NCBI GenBank assembly: GCA_029570375.1
Contig: JAKPXB010000040.1
Location: 155,464-219,463 of the forward strand
Source of the DNA: Bacillota bacterium
Lineage (GTDB): Bacteria; Bacillota; Clostridia; Saccharofermentanales; DTU023
Reading direction: 5' to 3'
Length of the DNA stretch: 64,000 nucleotides
Position 1 is the stretch's first letter; each line of letters begins with the position of its first letter. The notes under the pieces were generated by a model. The model was not told the origin of the DNA and ran no database searches. It was given only the letters and a program-made list of their open reading frames with translations. The position numbers were made by a program, and so were the translations under genes. Below, one piece after another: positions 18,014 to 27,972 of this stretch.

Positions 18014-18967
18014 TTATCCTCCGATCGTGTTCATGCCGCGCCCGGCCAGGCTTCGGCTGTGGCTCGACAGTTCCGCATGGCGGACGGGTTTGGCGCCAAT
18101 GGCTCTTTTGAACTGTTCCGTCATTTCTTCAAGATTCATGCCCTTTATCGGGAGCTCCTGCGCGGAGTGCAGACAGGGCTTCAGCTTGCCGTCGGCCGTC
18201 AGGCGGATCCGATTGCAGCTTCCGCAGAAATGAGCGCTGACAGGGCTGATCATTCCGACATCTCCCTTCGCGTTCGGCAGGCGGTAAAGCTTCGCCACAC
18301 CATCGTTCGAAGGCCGGGGAACTGCTTCCGGCAGCGCCTCCAACACAGCGGAGCAGGGGATATAGGCGCTCTCGCCAAAATCACCGCCGCCCGGCATGGG
18401 CATCAGTTCGATAAAACGCACATCAAGAGGGTACTGCAAGGTGAGTTCCGCCAGGCGGCGTATCTCCGTGTCATTGAATCCGCCGATGAGGACTGTATTG
18501 ATCTTCACTTGATTAAATCCGGCGGAGAGCGCCGCGTGCAGGCCGTTAAGTGCTTGAGAGAGTGAGCCGTGTCTCGTGATATACGCATACTTTTCCTCAT
18601 CCAGCGTATCGAGACTGATATTGACGCGGCTTACGCCCGCCTTGCGCAGCGGTACGGCCATCTCTGCCAGCCGCGTCCCGTTTGTCGTGATGCAGAGCTC
18701 TTTTATGCCGTCGACCGCCGCGGCGCGGCGGCAAATGGAAAGGAGGTTCTTCTTCACCAGAGGTTCTCCCCCCGTGATACGCAGCTTTGTGACACCCAGC
18801 GAAGCTGCCGCTTCCACCGCCCGGATCATTTCATCCTCGGTCAGCATCTCTTCATGCCGCTTCTTGCAGACGCCGTCTTCCGGCATGCAGTAAAGGCAGC
18901 GGAGGTTGCAAAGCTCCGTCACCGATAACCGAAGATAAGTAATGTCACGTCCATAACTGTCACGCAT
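18014..18967 (-). CDS. moaA: GTP 3',8-cyclase MoaA (radical SAM)
   Basis: LRLSVTELCNLRCLYCMP (CxxxCxxC) and the C-terminal second cluster region HFCGSCNRIRLTADGKLKPCL. Confidence 0.9.
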   Translation of the reverse strand: MRDSYGRDITYLRLSVTELCNLRCLYCMPEDGVCKKRHEEMLTEDEMIRAVEAAASLGVTKLRITGGEPLVKKNLLSICRRAAAVDGIKELCITTNGTRLAEMAVPLRKAGVSRVNISLDTLDEEKYAYITRHGSLSQALNGLHAALSAGFNQVKINTVLIGGFNDTEIRRLAELTLQYPLDVRFIELMPMPGGGDFGESAYIPCSAVLEALPEAVPRPSNDGVAKLYRLPNAKGDVGMISPVSAHFCGSCNRIRLTADGKLKPCLHSAQELPIKGMNLEEMTEQFKRAIGAKPVRHAELSSHSRSLAGRGMNTIGG

Positions 18968-19094
18968 CGATGACCCCCGATCTCATACAGACAAAAGCTC
19001 AATGATCAGTACGGAACGGACACTCCCGCCGACAAAACGAGAGAGCGAGCCACTGCGGAAAATGCCGCCGGCTCCCGGATGATCATTTTCATAT

Positions 19095-19616
19095 CTATTC
19101 TATGATTTCAATCTGGCACATACGCATCGCGTCAAGCGCTCTCCGATGGCTCTCAGGCGTCACGCCCGCGCAGCCGCGCGCGTCAACCGCGATGGGCACC
19201 TCCGGGAAGAAAGCTTTGATCAGGAGAGCATTTGAAATCACGCAGATATCCGTGCAAAGGCCGACGAATTCAATCGAACGGATCGGATCCTGCGCGTCTA
19301 ACTCTTTCAGAATTTCGACGAGATCACTTGATCCGAATGTCTCCTTCAGAACCGCCGGTTCCTCTCGCAGGGCTTCGACCTCCGGGACGAGCTTCCAGCC
19401 TTCCGTACCCTGAATACAGTGCTTCACCGGAAGATTCTTCCCCTCCTGCGTCTCCAGATAATCGCCGCGGTGCGTATCCTGCGTAAAGAGTACGCGCCCA
19501 TCGAAACCCGCCGCCTTTTCGACGACATGCCCGACAATCCGACGCGCTTCCGGTGTCCCGAGAGAACCGTCGACAAAATCATTCTGCATGTCCACAACAA
19601 TTAAAATATTCTGCAT
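19095..19616 (-). CDS. Isochorismatase-family cysteine hydrolase (nicotinamidase/pyrazinamidase-like)
   Basis: MQNILIVVDMQNDFVDGSLG ... GLCTDICV. I chose ATG 19616 because it lies 7 nt after AGGAGG; the track begins at a TTG at 19634. Confidence 0.75.
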   Translation of the reverse strand: MQNILIVVDMQNDFVDGSLGTPEARRIVGHVVEKAAGFDGRVLFTQDTHRGDYLETQEGKNLPVKHCIQGTEGWKLVPEVEALREEPAVLKETFGSSDLVEILKELDAQDPIRSIEFVGLCTDICVISNALLIKAFFPEVPIAVDARGCAGVTPESHRRALDAMRMCQIEIIE

Positions 19617-19630
19617 GAAATACCTCCTAG

Positions 19631-19664
19631 ACAAAAGCCCCGGAAACGGTGTGTCCCCGGGGCT
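19631..19664 (-). terminator. Intrinsic terminator after tuf
   Basis: On the minus strand AGCCCCGG-(13 nt)-CCGGGGCT (8-bp GC stem) is followed by TTTTGT, 35 nt after the tuf stop. Confidence 0.7.
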
Positions 19665-19698
19665 ATTCTGTCAACGATGCATACCTTGTCTTCGGCGA

Positions 19699-20904
19699 TT
19701 ATTCGTCGAGAAGGCGGACGACTGTCCCTGATCCAACGGTCTTGCCGCCTTCGCGGATAGCGAATTTCAGACCGGGTTCAATAGCGATCGGCGTGATGAG
19801 CTCAACAGAGATCTCCACGTGGTCACCGGGCATGCACATTTCAACGCCTTCCGGCAGTTTCGCGACACCGGTCACATCCGTCGTACGGAAGTAGAACTGC
19901 GGGCGATAGCCATCAAAGAAAGGCTTATGGCGTCCGCCCTCGTCCTTCGTCAGGACGTAGACCTGTCCGACAAAACGCGTATGCGGTTTGATGGAGCCGG
20001 GCTCAGCGACGACCTGTCCGCGGCGGACTTCGTTGCGGGCGACACCGCGGAGCAGAAGACCGACATTATCGCCGGCTTCCGCGTGGTCCAGCATCTTACG
20101 GAACATTTCAATACCGGTGACAACAGTCTTTCTCGGCTCGTCCGCGAGGCCGACGATCTCAACGGGCCTGTTGAGGTCAATCTGACCGCGCTCCACACGG
20201 CCGGTGACAACGGTCCCACGGCCGGTGATGGTCATGACATCCTCGATCGGGCACGCGAAAGGCTGATCGGTCGGACGCGTGGGTGTCGGGATGAACTCAT
20301 CGACGGCTTTCATCAGCTCAAGGATCGGAGCGTAAACGGGATCGTTCAGATCGGTGCTGGTGGATTCAAGCGCTTCAAGGGCTGAACCGCGGATGATCGG
20401 CGTATCGTCGCCGGGGAAATCATACTCATTCAAGCGCTCGCGGATCTCCATATCGACGAGCTCCAGAATCTCTTCGTCATCGACCTGGTCTGTCTTGTTC
20501 ATGAAGACGACGATAGCCGGAACGCCCACCTGGCGGGCGAGCAGAATGTGCTCACGCGTCTGGGGCATCGGGCCGTCGACAGCGGAGACGACGAGGATCG
20601 CGCCGTCCATCTGCGCGGCGCCGGTGATCATGTTTTTAATATAGTCGGCGTGCCCGGGGCAGTCGACGTGGGCGTAGTGACGGGAAGCCGTCTCATACTC
20701 AACGTGAGAGGCGTTGATTGTGATACCGCGCGCTCTCTCTTCAGGCGCCTTATCGATGGCCGCGTAGTCTGTGAAACTGGCGAGACCTTCGCTGGCGAGA
20801 ACCTTCGTAATGGCGGCTGTCAGTGTCGTTTTGCCGTGGTCGACGTGACCAATGGTGCCGACGTTGACGTGCGGCTTGGTTCTTTCAAATTTTTGTTTTC
20901 CCAT
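19699..20904 (-). CDS. tuf: Elongation factor Tu
   Basis: [33 protein letters not shown]... matches EF-Tu over its full length. Confidence 0.98.
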   Translation of the reverse strand: MGKQKFERTKPHVNVGTIGHVDHGKTTLTAAITKVLASEGLASFTDYAAIDKAPEERARGITINASHVEYETASRHYAHVDCPGHADYIKNMITGAAQMDGAILVVSAVDGPMPQTREHILLARQVGVPAIVVFMNKTDQVDDEEILELVDMEIRERLNEYDFPGDDTPIIRGSALEALESTSTDLNDPVYAPILELMKAVDEFIPTPTRPTDQPFACPIEDVMTITGRGTVVTGRVERGQIDLNRPVEIVGLADEPRKTVVTGIEMFRKMLDHAEAGDNVGLLLRGVARNEVRRGQVVAEPGSIKPHTRFVGQVYVLTKDEGGRHKPFFDGYRPQFYFRTTDVTGVAKLPEGVEMCMPGDHVEISVELITPIAIEPGLKFAIREGGKTVGSGTVVRLLDE

Positions 20905-21042
20905 TAAGATATCCTCCTGCTGGTAGATCGTAATCCGAATCTAAAATGATAAGTTTTGCAATACCTCTTTATCTTCTCACAAAACTCGCTTATGCGCAAT
21001 GAATCGCGCTGTGCGACGGCTTTCTGTCAGCCTTTCGCGGTT

Positions 21043-23124
21043 TTAATAGTGTTTTTTCGCAATGAGCGCGCGGACGCTTTCAGGCACCTGTTCAAAGTGG
21101 CTGATCTGCATCGTAAAAACACCGCGCCCCTGTGTTCTCGATCTCAGGGAAGTCGCGTAGCCAAACATCTCTGACAGGGAGACAAAGGCGTCGACAACCT
21201 GAGCGTTGCTTGTCGCTTCCATCCCCTGGATCTGACCGCGCCTCGCGCTGATGTCCGAGAGTACATCACCGAGGTATTCACCCGGTGTGATAATGTCAAC
21301 CTTCATGATCGGTTCCATGAGAATCGGACCGGCTTTTTCGAGCGCGTCGCGAAGGGCCATCGACCCGGCGATACGGAAAGCGATTTCCGACGAGTCGACC
21401 TCATGGTATGATCCGTCGAGGACCGTCACCTTGATATCGACAACGGGATAGCCGGCGACAACGCCCGCATTCATCGCGTCGCGGATTCCTTCTTCGAGCG
21501 GTTTCATGAATTCCTTCGGAATCACGCCGCCAACTGTTTTATCCTCGAAAACGAAACCTTCGCCCGCTTTGAGCGGTGAAATCTCGATGACAGCGTGACC
21601 GTACTGGCCGTGACCGCCTGTCTGGCGGACGAACCGTCCCTCACCCCTTGCGGTCCTGGTAATCGTCTCGCGGTACGCGACCTGCGGCTGCCCGACATTC
21701 GCCTCGACTTTAAACTCGCGAAGCAAACGGTCGACTATGATCGCGAGATGCAGTTCACCCATCCCGGAGACGATCATCTGGCCGGTCTCTTTGTCAATGC
21801 GAGTGCGGAACGTGGGATCCTCTTCAGACAGCTTTGCGAGGGCGGTTTCCATCTTCTCCTGGCTCGCTTTCGATTTCGGCTCTATCGCGACGGAAATGAC
21901 CGGTTCGGGGAATTCCATGCTTTCGAGGATGATCGGCGCCTGCTCCACACACAGCGTATCACCTGTTGTCGTGTTGCGAAGTCCTACCGCGGCCGCGATA
22001 TCGCCCGCGTAAACCTCGTCCACATCCGAGCGGTGATTGGCGTGCATCATGAGAATGCGCCCGATACGCTCCCGCTTGTCTTTCGACGCGTTCAATACGT
22101 AGGAGCCCGCTTTCAATGTGCCGCTGTACACGCGGAAAAAGCAGAGCTGTCCCACGAAGGGATCTGTCATCACCTTAAACGCGAGCGCTGAGAAAGGCGC
22201 TTTATCGTCCGTGTCGCGCGTCGTTTCCTCTTCCGTCTTCGGGTCAATGCCGGCGACGGCGGGGATGTCGACAGGGGACGGCAGGTACTCAACCATCGCG
22301 TCCAGTAGCATCTGCACACCCTTGTTCTTATAGGATGAACCGCAGGTGACAGGAATAATCTTCGTCGCGATGGACGCTTTCCGCAACGCTGTTTTCAGCT
22401 CCTGCACCGTGATTTCCTCATCCATGAGAAATTTATCGGCCAGATCTTCATCTGTTTCGCAGATCGCCTCGACCATGCGCGCGCGCCATTCTTTCGCTTC
22501 CTCGAGCTGACTCTCGTCAATATCCGATTCGGTGATCGTCTTCCCGAGATCTTCATCCTGATAGAGTTCCGCTTTCATTGACATCAGATCGATGATGCCG
22601 ATGAATGAATCCTCTTTGCCGATAGGTAATTGAATCGGGATGGCGTTGGCCCCGAGGCGCTCTCGCATCATCTTCACGACATGGAAAAAATCGGCGCCGA
22701 GAATGTCCATCTTATTGATGTACGCCAGACGCGGTACGCCGTAATTGTCCGCCTGTCTCCAGACAGTCTCAGTCTGCGGTTCCACGCCGCCCTTGGCGCA
22801 GAGAACCGTCACCGCTCCGTCTAACACGCGAAGAGAGCGCTCAACCTCAACCGTAAAGTCGACGTGACCCGGCGTATCGATGATGTTGATACGGCAGTTC
22901 TTCCATTGAGCGGTCGTCGCTGCAGACGTGATCGTAATCCCGCGTTCCTGTTCTTCCGGCATCCAGTCCATCGTAGCGGCCCCCTCGTGGGTTTCGCCCA
23001 GACGGTGGATGCGCCCCGTGTAGTACAGAATGCGTTCCGTCGTGGTCGTCTTGCCAGCGTCAATATGAGCCATGATGCCGATATTTCTTGTATTCTCAAG
23101 CGAGAATTCTCTTGGCATCGTCAA
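21043..23124 (-). CDS. fusA: Elongation factor G
   Basis: [24 protein letters not shown]...[19 protein letters not shown]. The true start may be the second Met (MPREFSL). Confidence 0.97.
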   Translation of the reverse strand: MTMPREFSLENTRNIGIMAHIDAGKTTTTERILYYTGRIHRLGETHEGAATMDWMPEEQERGITITSAATTAQWKNCRINIIDTPGHVDFTVEVERSLRVLDGAVTVLCAKGGVEPQTETVWRQADNYGVPRLAYINKMDILGADFFHVVKMMRERLGANAIPIQLPIGKEDSFIGIIDLMSMKAELYQDEDLGKTITESDIDESQLEEAKEWRARMVEAICETDEDLADKFLMDEEITVQELKTALRKASIATKIIPVTCGSSYKNKGVQMLLDAMVEYLPSPVDIPAVAGIDPKTEEETTRDTDDKAPFSALAFKVMTDPFVGQLCFFRVYSGTLKAGSYVLNASKDKRERIGRILMMHANHRSDVDEVYAGDIAAAVGLRNTTTGDTLCVEQAPIILESMEFPEPVISVAIEPKSKASQEKMETALAKLSEEDPTFRTRIDKETGQMIVSGMGELHLAIIVDRLLREFKVEANVGQPQVAYRETITRTARGEGRFVRQTGGHGQYGHAVIEISPLKAGEGFVFEDKTVGGVIPKEFMKPLEEGIRDAMNAGVVAGYPVVDIKVTVLDGSYHEVDSSEIAFRIAGSMALRDALEKAGPILMEPIMKVDIITPGEYLGDVLSDISARRGQIQGMEATSNAQVVDAFVSLSEMFGYATSLRSRTQGRGVFTMQISHFEQVPESVRALIAKKHY

Positions 23125-23222
23125 ACCTCCTGATTATTATCTTCCTTCTTCTAAGCTGTATACTTACTTATTGTTTTTATAAACCTTAATGTTCACTGTT
23201 CAGCGAACGATCCGCCGGCGGA

Positions 23223-23693
23223 TTACCACCGGTAGTGAGCAAACGCGCGGTTTGCTTCTGCCATGCGGTGAATTTCTTCTTTTCTCCTGAAAGCCGAACC
23301 AGACTGTTTCGACGCGTCGATCAACTCATTGGCGAGACGTTCTTTCATCGTACGTTCGCTTCTGGAGCGCGCAGCCTGGACAATCCAGCGCAATGCGAGC
23401 GTCTGGCGTCTTTCCGGGCGCACTTCCATCGGGACCTGATAGTTCGATCCGCCGACACGGCGCGCTTTGACTTCCAGCACGGGCATCACATTCTCCATGG
23501 CTTGGTTGAAAACTTCCAGAGGCGGCTGCCCGACGCGGTCTTCCATCAGATCGAACGCGGCATATACAATCGTTTGCGCGAGTTCTTTCTTGCCGTCCAG
23601 CATGACGTTATTGATCAGCTTGGCGACGCGGATGTCGCCATAGACGGGATCCGGCAGCACTTCTCTCTTGGGTACATGACCTTTCCTTGGCAA
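23223..23693 (-). CDS. rpsG: 30S ribosomal protein S7
   Basis: [19 protein letters not shown]...AFAHYRW. Confidence 0.97.
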   Translation of the reverse strand: MPRKGHVPKREVLPDPVYGDIRVAKLINNVMLDGKKELAQTIVYAAFDLMEDRVGQPPLEVFNQAMENVMPVLEVKARRVGGSNYQVPMEVRPERRQTLALRWIVQAARSRSERTMKERLANELIDASKQSGSAFRRKEEIHRMAEANRAFAHYRW

Positions 23694-23845
23694 TGGTCTT
23701 CCCTCCTTTCATGATTATGCGGGTTCTTTTCCGGGAACCCGAAACCACAGGTACTCACGATATGGACACGTGTCATGCGCAAAAACAGGCCTGAGAATAG
23801 CGGAGGCGTGTATTTGACTGCATGTTTGTCCAACCGCTGGCTACA

Positions 23846-24271
23846 CTACTTGGTTTTCGCGACCTTCGGGCGCTTGGTACCGTATTTCGAACGGCCTTGT
23901 TTGCGATTCGCGACGCCGACTGTGTCGAGCGTTCCGCGAATGACATGGTAGCGCACGCCGGGCAAGTCCTTCACACGGCCGCCGCGGATGAGCACCACAC
24001 TGTGCTCCTGCAGGTTGTGGCCGATGCCTGGGATATACGCGTACACCTCGTGCTGATTTGTCAGACGGACACGGGCGACCTTGCGCAAGGCAGAATTCGG
24101 CTTTTTCGGTGTCGTCGTCTTGACCACCGTACACACGCCGCGCTTCTGTGGCGACGCATAGAATGACGGACGCCTGCGCAGCGTATTGAGCCCCGAAGCC
24201 AGCGCAGGGACATGAGATTTACTCTCCTTCTGTTCCCGCCCTTTCTTAACCAACTGGTTGAACGTAGGCAT
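23846..24271 (-). CDS. rpsL: 30S ribosomal protein S12
   Basis: [12 protein letters not shown]...[18 protein letters not shown]...[13 protein letters not shown]. Confidence 0.97.
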   Translation of the reverse strand: MPTFNQLVKKGREQKESKSHVPALASGLNTLRRRPSFYASPQKRGVCTVVKTTTPKKPNSALRKVARVRLTNQHEVYAYIPGIGHNLQEHSVVLIRGGRVKDLPGVRYHVIRGTLDTVGVANRKQGRSKYGTKRPKVAKTK

Positions 24272-24300
24272 TCACACTCCTCCTTTCTTTCATTGCTCGA

Positions 24301-24329
24301 AAAAGTCACCCGTTCACAGACGGGCGACC
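24301..24329 (-). terminator. Stem-loop + U-run between moeA and rpsL (moeA terminator and/or rpsL leader hairpin)
   Basis: Minus-strand RNA GGUCGCCCGU-cuguga-ACGGGUGACU (10 bp including 2 G.U) is followed by UUUU. It starts right where a transcript from the candidate promoter would begin. Confidence 0.45.
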
Positions 24330-24336
24330 GAAGTAG

Positions 24337-24365
24337 ATAATAGCAGGATTGCGCCCGCTTGTAAA
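24337..24365 (-). promoter_or_regulatory. Sigma-70-type promoter candidate upstream of rpsL
   Basis: The minus strand reads TTTACA-17 nt-TATTAT. It lies between the moeA stop (24390) and the rpsL start (24271). Confidence 0.5.
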
Positions 24366-24389
24366 GTAAGGAATTACCTGAACTCCTTT

Positions 24390-25589
24390 TCACAATTCCC
24401 GCAGAAGCGTCACTTCGATGAGGTCGCCGTCTTTCCACGCGGGTGTGCCGGGTGTCAGCCGGATTATCCCGTCGGCTGCCAGGCAGCGCGGAACGCCGGC
24501 TTTTTTGAAATTGATCAAAGAGGCGGACAGCTGGCCGTCCTCAGAGCGCTCGAGTTCGGCGGCAAGGAGAAAGGCGATGCCGCGCGGACCTTCGACATCT
24601 CCTCGCACGGGTACTTTGATTTTGTGCACCGGCACTTCCGGCAGATGAAGCCAGTACGCAAGGCACGGCATCACGAGCCATGACAAAACATTGAGGCAGC
24701 CGTAAGGCGGACCGGGGACAACGATCACCGGCTTGCCCGCGACGCTCGCAAGCGCTGTCGGTCGGCCGGGGCCGCACTGTGACCAATGGAAGAGAATGTC
24801 TCCCTGCTCATCGAGCAGGCGGAGCGCCTGATCTTCAAACCCCTTGGAAGATCCGCCGTTGATCAGGATGAGATCGTTGTCGGTCAATGCCGCTTCCAGC
24901 GCGCATCTCATCTGATCGCGGTCATCCCTGATAATCGGCGACAGCACCACCTCCGCGCCCTGATCTTCGAGCAGCGCCCGGGCCATGAGGCTGTTGCAGT
25001 CGACGTTCTGCCCGCGCTCAAGCGGCTGTCCCACAGGGACAAGCTCCGATCCCGTGGGAATAAAAGCGACGCGCGGTTTCCGGAAGACGGGCACCTGTTC
25101 GAGGTTGCCGATGGCGAGCACCGCGAGATCGGTGGCGCTGAGCTTGCGGGGCGCCGGGAGCAGAAGCTGTCCCTCCCTGACGACGCGCCCCGACGGCGAG
25201 ACGTACATGCCGGGGTGAATAACGAGGTCATCGGAAAAGGCAACACCCCGGTCCGATGCGTCAAGGGTCACCTGCTCAATGGGAACGACCGCGTCATATG
25301 CGTCGGGAAAATCGTCTCCCGTGTCGGCGAAATCGTATTCCTCTCCACACCGCCATGTGTCTGGGGACAGGGGCTTCCCGTCGGGGCAAAGAGCGCTCTT
25401 AACACAAATGCCGTCCATCATGGCGGCGCGCACCAGAGGGATATTGGACTGCGCAAACTGCGGTTCGGCCAGAATGCGCCCTTTTGCCTGCGTGAGCGGC
25501 ACCCGCTCTTCCTTCATCCTATCCGGCCAGTGTGAGCGAAACAGCTCAAGACCTTCATCCATCGTGACATTTTCTCTTTGTACTTTCAT
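24390..25589 (-). CDS. moeA: Molybdopterin molybdenumtransferase MoeA
   Basis: MoeA architecture is present: ...IPLVRAAMMDGICV..., PRVAFIPTGSELV, LILINGGSSKGFED, ...PVIVVPGPP. I chose the start MKVQRENV (ATG 25589) rather than the longer track ORF. Confidence 0.85.
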   Translation of the reverse strand: MKVQRENVTMDEGLELFRSHWPDRMKEERVPLTQAKGRILAEPQFAQSNIPLVRAAMMDGICVKSALCPDGKPLSPDTWRCGEEYDFADTGDDFPDAYDAVVPIEQVTLDASDRGVAFSDDLVIHPGMYVSPSGRVVREGQLLLPAPRKLSATDLAVLAIGNLEQVPVFRKPRVAFIPTGSELVPVGQPLERGQNVDCNSLMARALLEDQGAEVVLSPIIRDDRDQMRCALEAALTDNDLILINGGSSKGFEDQALRLLDEQGDILFHWSQCGPGRPTALASVAGKPVIVVPGPPYGCLNVLSWLVMPCLAYWLHLPEVPVHKIKVPVRGDVEGPRGIAFLLAAELERSEDGQLSASLINFKKAGVPRCLAADGIIRLTPGTPAWKDGDLIEVTLLREL

Positions 25590-25813
25590 GACGCCACACT
25601 TTCTTTCACAGTGATTCCGCCGCGTTTCACGCGTGTGCAACAGGAAGCGCAACCGGTATCTTCGGGCAGGAGCCAAATAACGGCATTTCATACGCGTACG
25701 GCAGGACGCGCTTCGCCGCTTATCGCAGCAGCACGTCCTGCCGTCGGCGTGTCCGCCTTTTATAACAGGCGCTTAAGGCTGCAGAGACGGGGAGCAGCCT
25801 TTTCTTGTTGCTT

Positions 25814-26974
25814 CTAAGCTCCCAGCAGAGCTCTGACATCTTCTTCTGTCAACGGCAGCTGGTAAAACAGACTGAAGAATTCCTGAACCTCTTTCTCCAT
25901 GTCGTAGTTGAATACCTCCGGGTAAAGGATGTTTGCGACATAGCGGAGTCCGAGATACTGCTGAGATGACGGAGGCCGGTCGATCCAGCTGAACGGCAGG
26001 CGCGGCGCCTCATACACGCGGCCGTCCTTGACAGCCTTAATGTTGGCCCAGTTCTCATTCGTTGTGATCTCCTTGTACGGGCTGTTCCCGCCGCTTCCCA
26101 TAAATATAACCTCCGGATTCCACGCGATGACCTGTTCAAGAGAAACAGGCGTCATGCCGGATCCGGGCGTCAACTCAACCGCGGCGACGTTTTTGGCACC
26201 CGCGTAACGGAAAACAGCGGCGTGCGAGGACATCTCCGGTTCCGTCGCGAGGCCGTTCGGTTTTTCTGCGTAGTAAAGCGTGACGCGTTTGTCTTCCTCA
26301 ATCGACGCGACTTTTTCCTCCACGTCTTTCAGTGTGGCTTCACAGTATTGGGCCATTTTCTCGCAGCGTTCTTCCTCGCCGAAAACTTTGCCGAGGAAGC
26401 GGTAGGCTTCCGCGCGCTTCGGGAAAAGCCCGTTGACAACGAGGACGGGAATGCCGAGCTTATTTTGCAGTTCATCGGCTTTTTCCTTGGTCGTCTCATC
26501 AATTTTCATCGGCCCCATCGAGATAAAAACCTGTGAGCCGGACGCGAGCACTTCCTCCGGATTGATGGCTTTGCCCCCGTCAAAATTGCCGAATACTTTC
26601 AGCCCTTTGGCCAGAGGCATATATTTCAGCTGCTCTTCCGACAGTTCCGATACAAGGCCGGCCATGCGCTCCGGATTTATCGTATAGATCATCAGCTGCG
26701 CCAGCGGGCTGGGGTAGTAGACCTTCATCAGTTTGGCGGGGCTCGGTATTTCCACCTTCCGCCCGCTCATGTCTTCGATCGTGACGGTATCGCTCTCCGG
26801 TTCTGTCTCCGGTATCGTCGGGGGCGGGAGTGTCACATTTTCCGACGGCTGCGTCTGGAAAGATGTCGGGTCATGATTCGATTCATCCGGCGTTTTTCCG
26901 GGTTGGCACGCGGGAAGAATCAGAAGAGCCAGCACCAGCAACAGGGCCGCGGCAGTCAGTTTCATCTTTTTCAT
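25814..26974 (-). CDS. ABC transporter substrate-binding lipoprotein (Fe-siderophore/corrinoid PBP family, PF01497-like)
   Basis: I chose the start MKKMKLTAAALLLVLALLILPAC (lipobox LPAC) with an upstream AAAGGAA. A Pro/Glu/Thr-rich linker is followed by a PBP-type domain. It lies next to FecCD permease and ATPase genes. Confidence 0.75.
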   Translation of the reverse strand: MKKMKLTAAALLLVLALLILPACQPGKTPDESNHDPTSFQTQPSENVTLPPPTIPETEPESDTVTIEDMSGRKVEIPSPAKLMKVYYPSPLAQLMIYTINPERMAGLVSELSEEQLKYMPLAKGLKVFGNFDGGKAINPEEVLASGSQVFISMGPMKIDETTKEKADELQNKLGIPVLVVNGLFPKRAEAYRFLGKVFGEEERCEKMAQYCEATLKDVEEKVASIEEDKRVTLYYAEKPNGLATEPEMSSHAAVFRYAGAKNVAAVELTPGSGMTPVSLEQVIAWNPEVIFMGSGGNSPYKEITTNENWANIKAVKDGRVYEAPRLPFSWIDRPPSSQQYLGLRYVANILYPEVFNYDMEKEVQEFFSLFYQLPLTEEDVRALLGA

Positions 26975-27126
26975 ACGCCATTCCTTTCTTTTTTCAAGCA
27001 TATTTCCTGATCTATCTTAATCACTTCCTGCGAAGTGAACTGTACGCGTTATGTGTCTTCACCCGTGCGAGGATTCGGCGTACTTTGCCTGCGGCAGATA
27101 CCATACGGCCGGTTCGGGTGGCCGTA

Positions 27127-27972
27127 TTATTCTGAAGACTGTTTCTCCGAGTTCAGCGGAATACAGACGTGCTGCTCCCCATGATGCGGAAGGCTGATTC
27201 CCTGCACATGGACAGCGAGATCGTAGAGCCCGCTCAAGCTGTCCGAAGTCATCACCTCTGCCGGCGACGCGTCCTTAACAATTTCGCCCTTTTCCATGAG
27301 CATCACCTCATCCGCGGCATGGAAACAATGGGCGGGATCGTGTGTCACCATCAGAATTCCCATCCCATAAGCGCATAGTTTTCGGATCTGGTTGAGAACC
27401 CGAAACTGATTGCCGTAATCCAGGCTGGTCGTCGGCTCATCCATGATCAGAAACGACGCCTGCTGGGCGAGGGCGCGCGCGATCAGCACAAGCTGCTTCT
27501 GTCCCCCCGAAAGCTTGGTGTAGGGGTGTTCCGCGAAGCACTCCATATGAACCTGCTCCAGGCACGCATGCGCGACGGCTAAATCTTCCTGCTTTTCAAT
27601 GCCCATCCGGCCGAGATAAGGCGTTCTCCCCATACGGACGACATCGCTGACCTTATACGGAAACGGCGGCCTGTGCGCCTGCGGAATATACGCGAGGTGG
27701 AGCGCGCGTTTCTTCTCGTCAAGGCTCAGGATATCGGTACCGCCGCACTCAACAGAACCGCTTCGCGCCGGGAGCAGCCCCAGAAGCGTCTTCAGCAGGG
27801 TCGTCTTCCCGCACCCGTTGGCGCCCAGGATCGCGACGAAAGAACCGGGGCGGATGGTGAGAGAAACCTTCCTCACAATATCCGGCCCTTTTTCGTACCC
27901 GCTGACCAGACCGCGCACGTTAAGAGGCGATGAAGCTATCTGACGCGGTCTTAACATCAGAGAGTCTTTCAT
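27127..27972 (-). CDS. ABC transporter ATP-binding protein (FepC/BtuD-like)
   Basis: Walker A GANGCGKTTLLKTL, signature LSGGQKQ, Walker B FLIMDEPT. Confidence 0.9.
   Translation of the reverse strand: MKDSLMLRPRQIASSPLNVRGLVSGYEKGPDIVRKVSLTIRPGSFVAILGANGCGKTTLLKTLLGLLPARSGSVECGGTDILSLDEKKRALHLAYIPQAHRPPFPYKVSDVVRMGRTPYLGRMGIEKQEDLAVAHACLEQVHMECFAEHPYTKLSGGQKQLVLIARALAQQASFLIMDEPTTSLDYGNQFRVLNQIRKLCAYGMGILMVTHDPAHCFHAADEVMLMEKGEIVKDASPAEVMTSDSLSGLYDLAVHVQGISLPHHGEQHVCIPLNSEKQSSE

Noticed and set aside
11242-19000. selC as an integration hotspot: is the region downstream of tRNA-Sec a genomic island?
   Set aside because: No integrase, recombinase or phage genes are present. I noticed no direct repeat of the tRNA 3' end. 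Composition is similar to the flanks, and the content is coherent housekeeping and cofactor metabolism.
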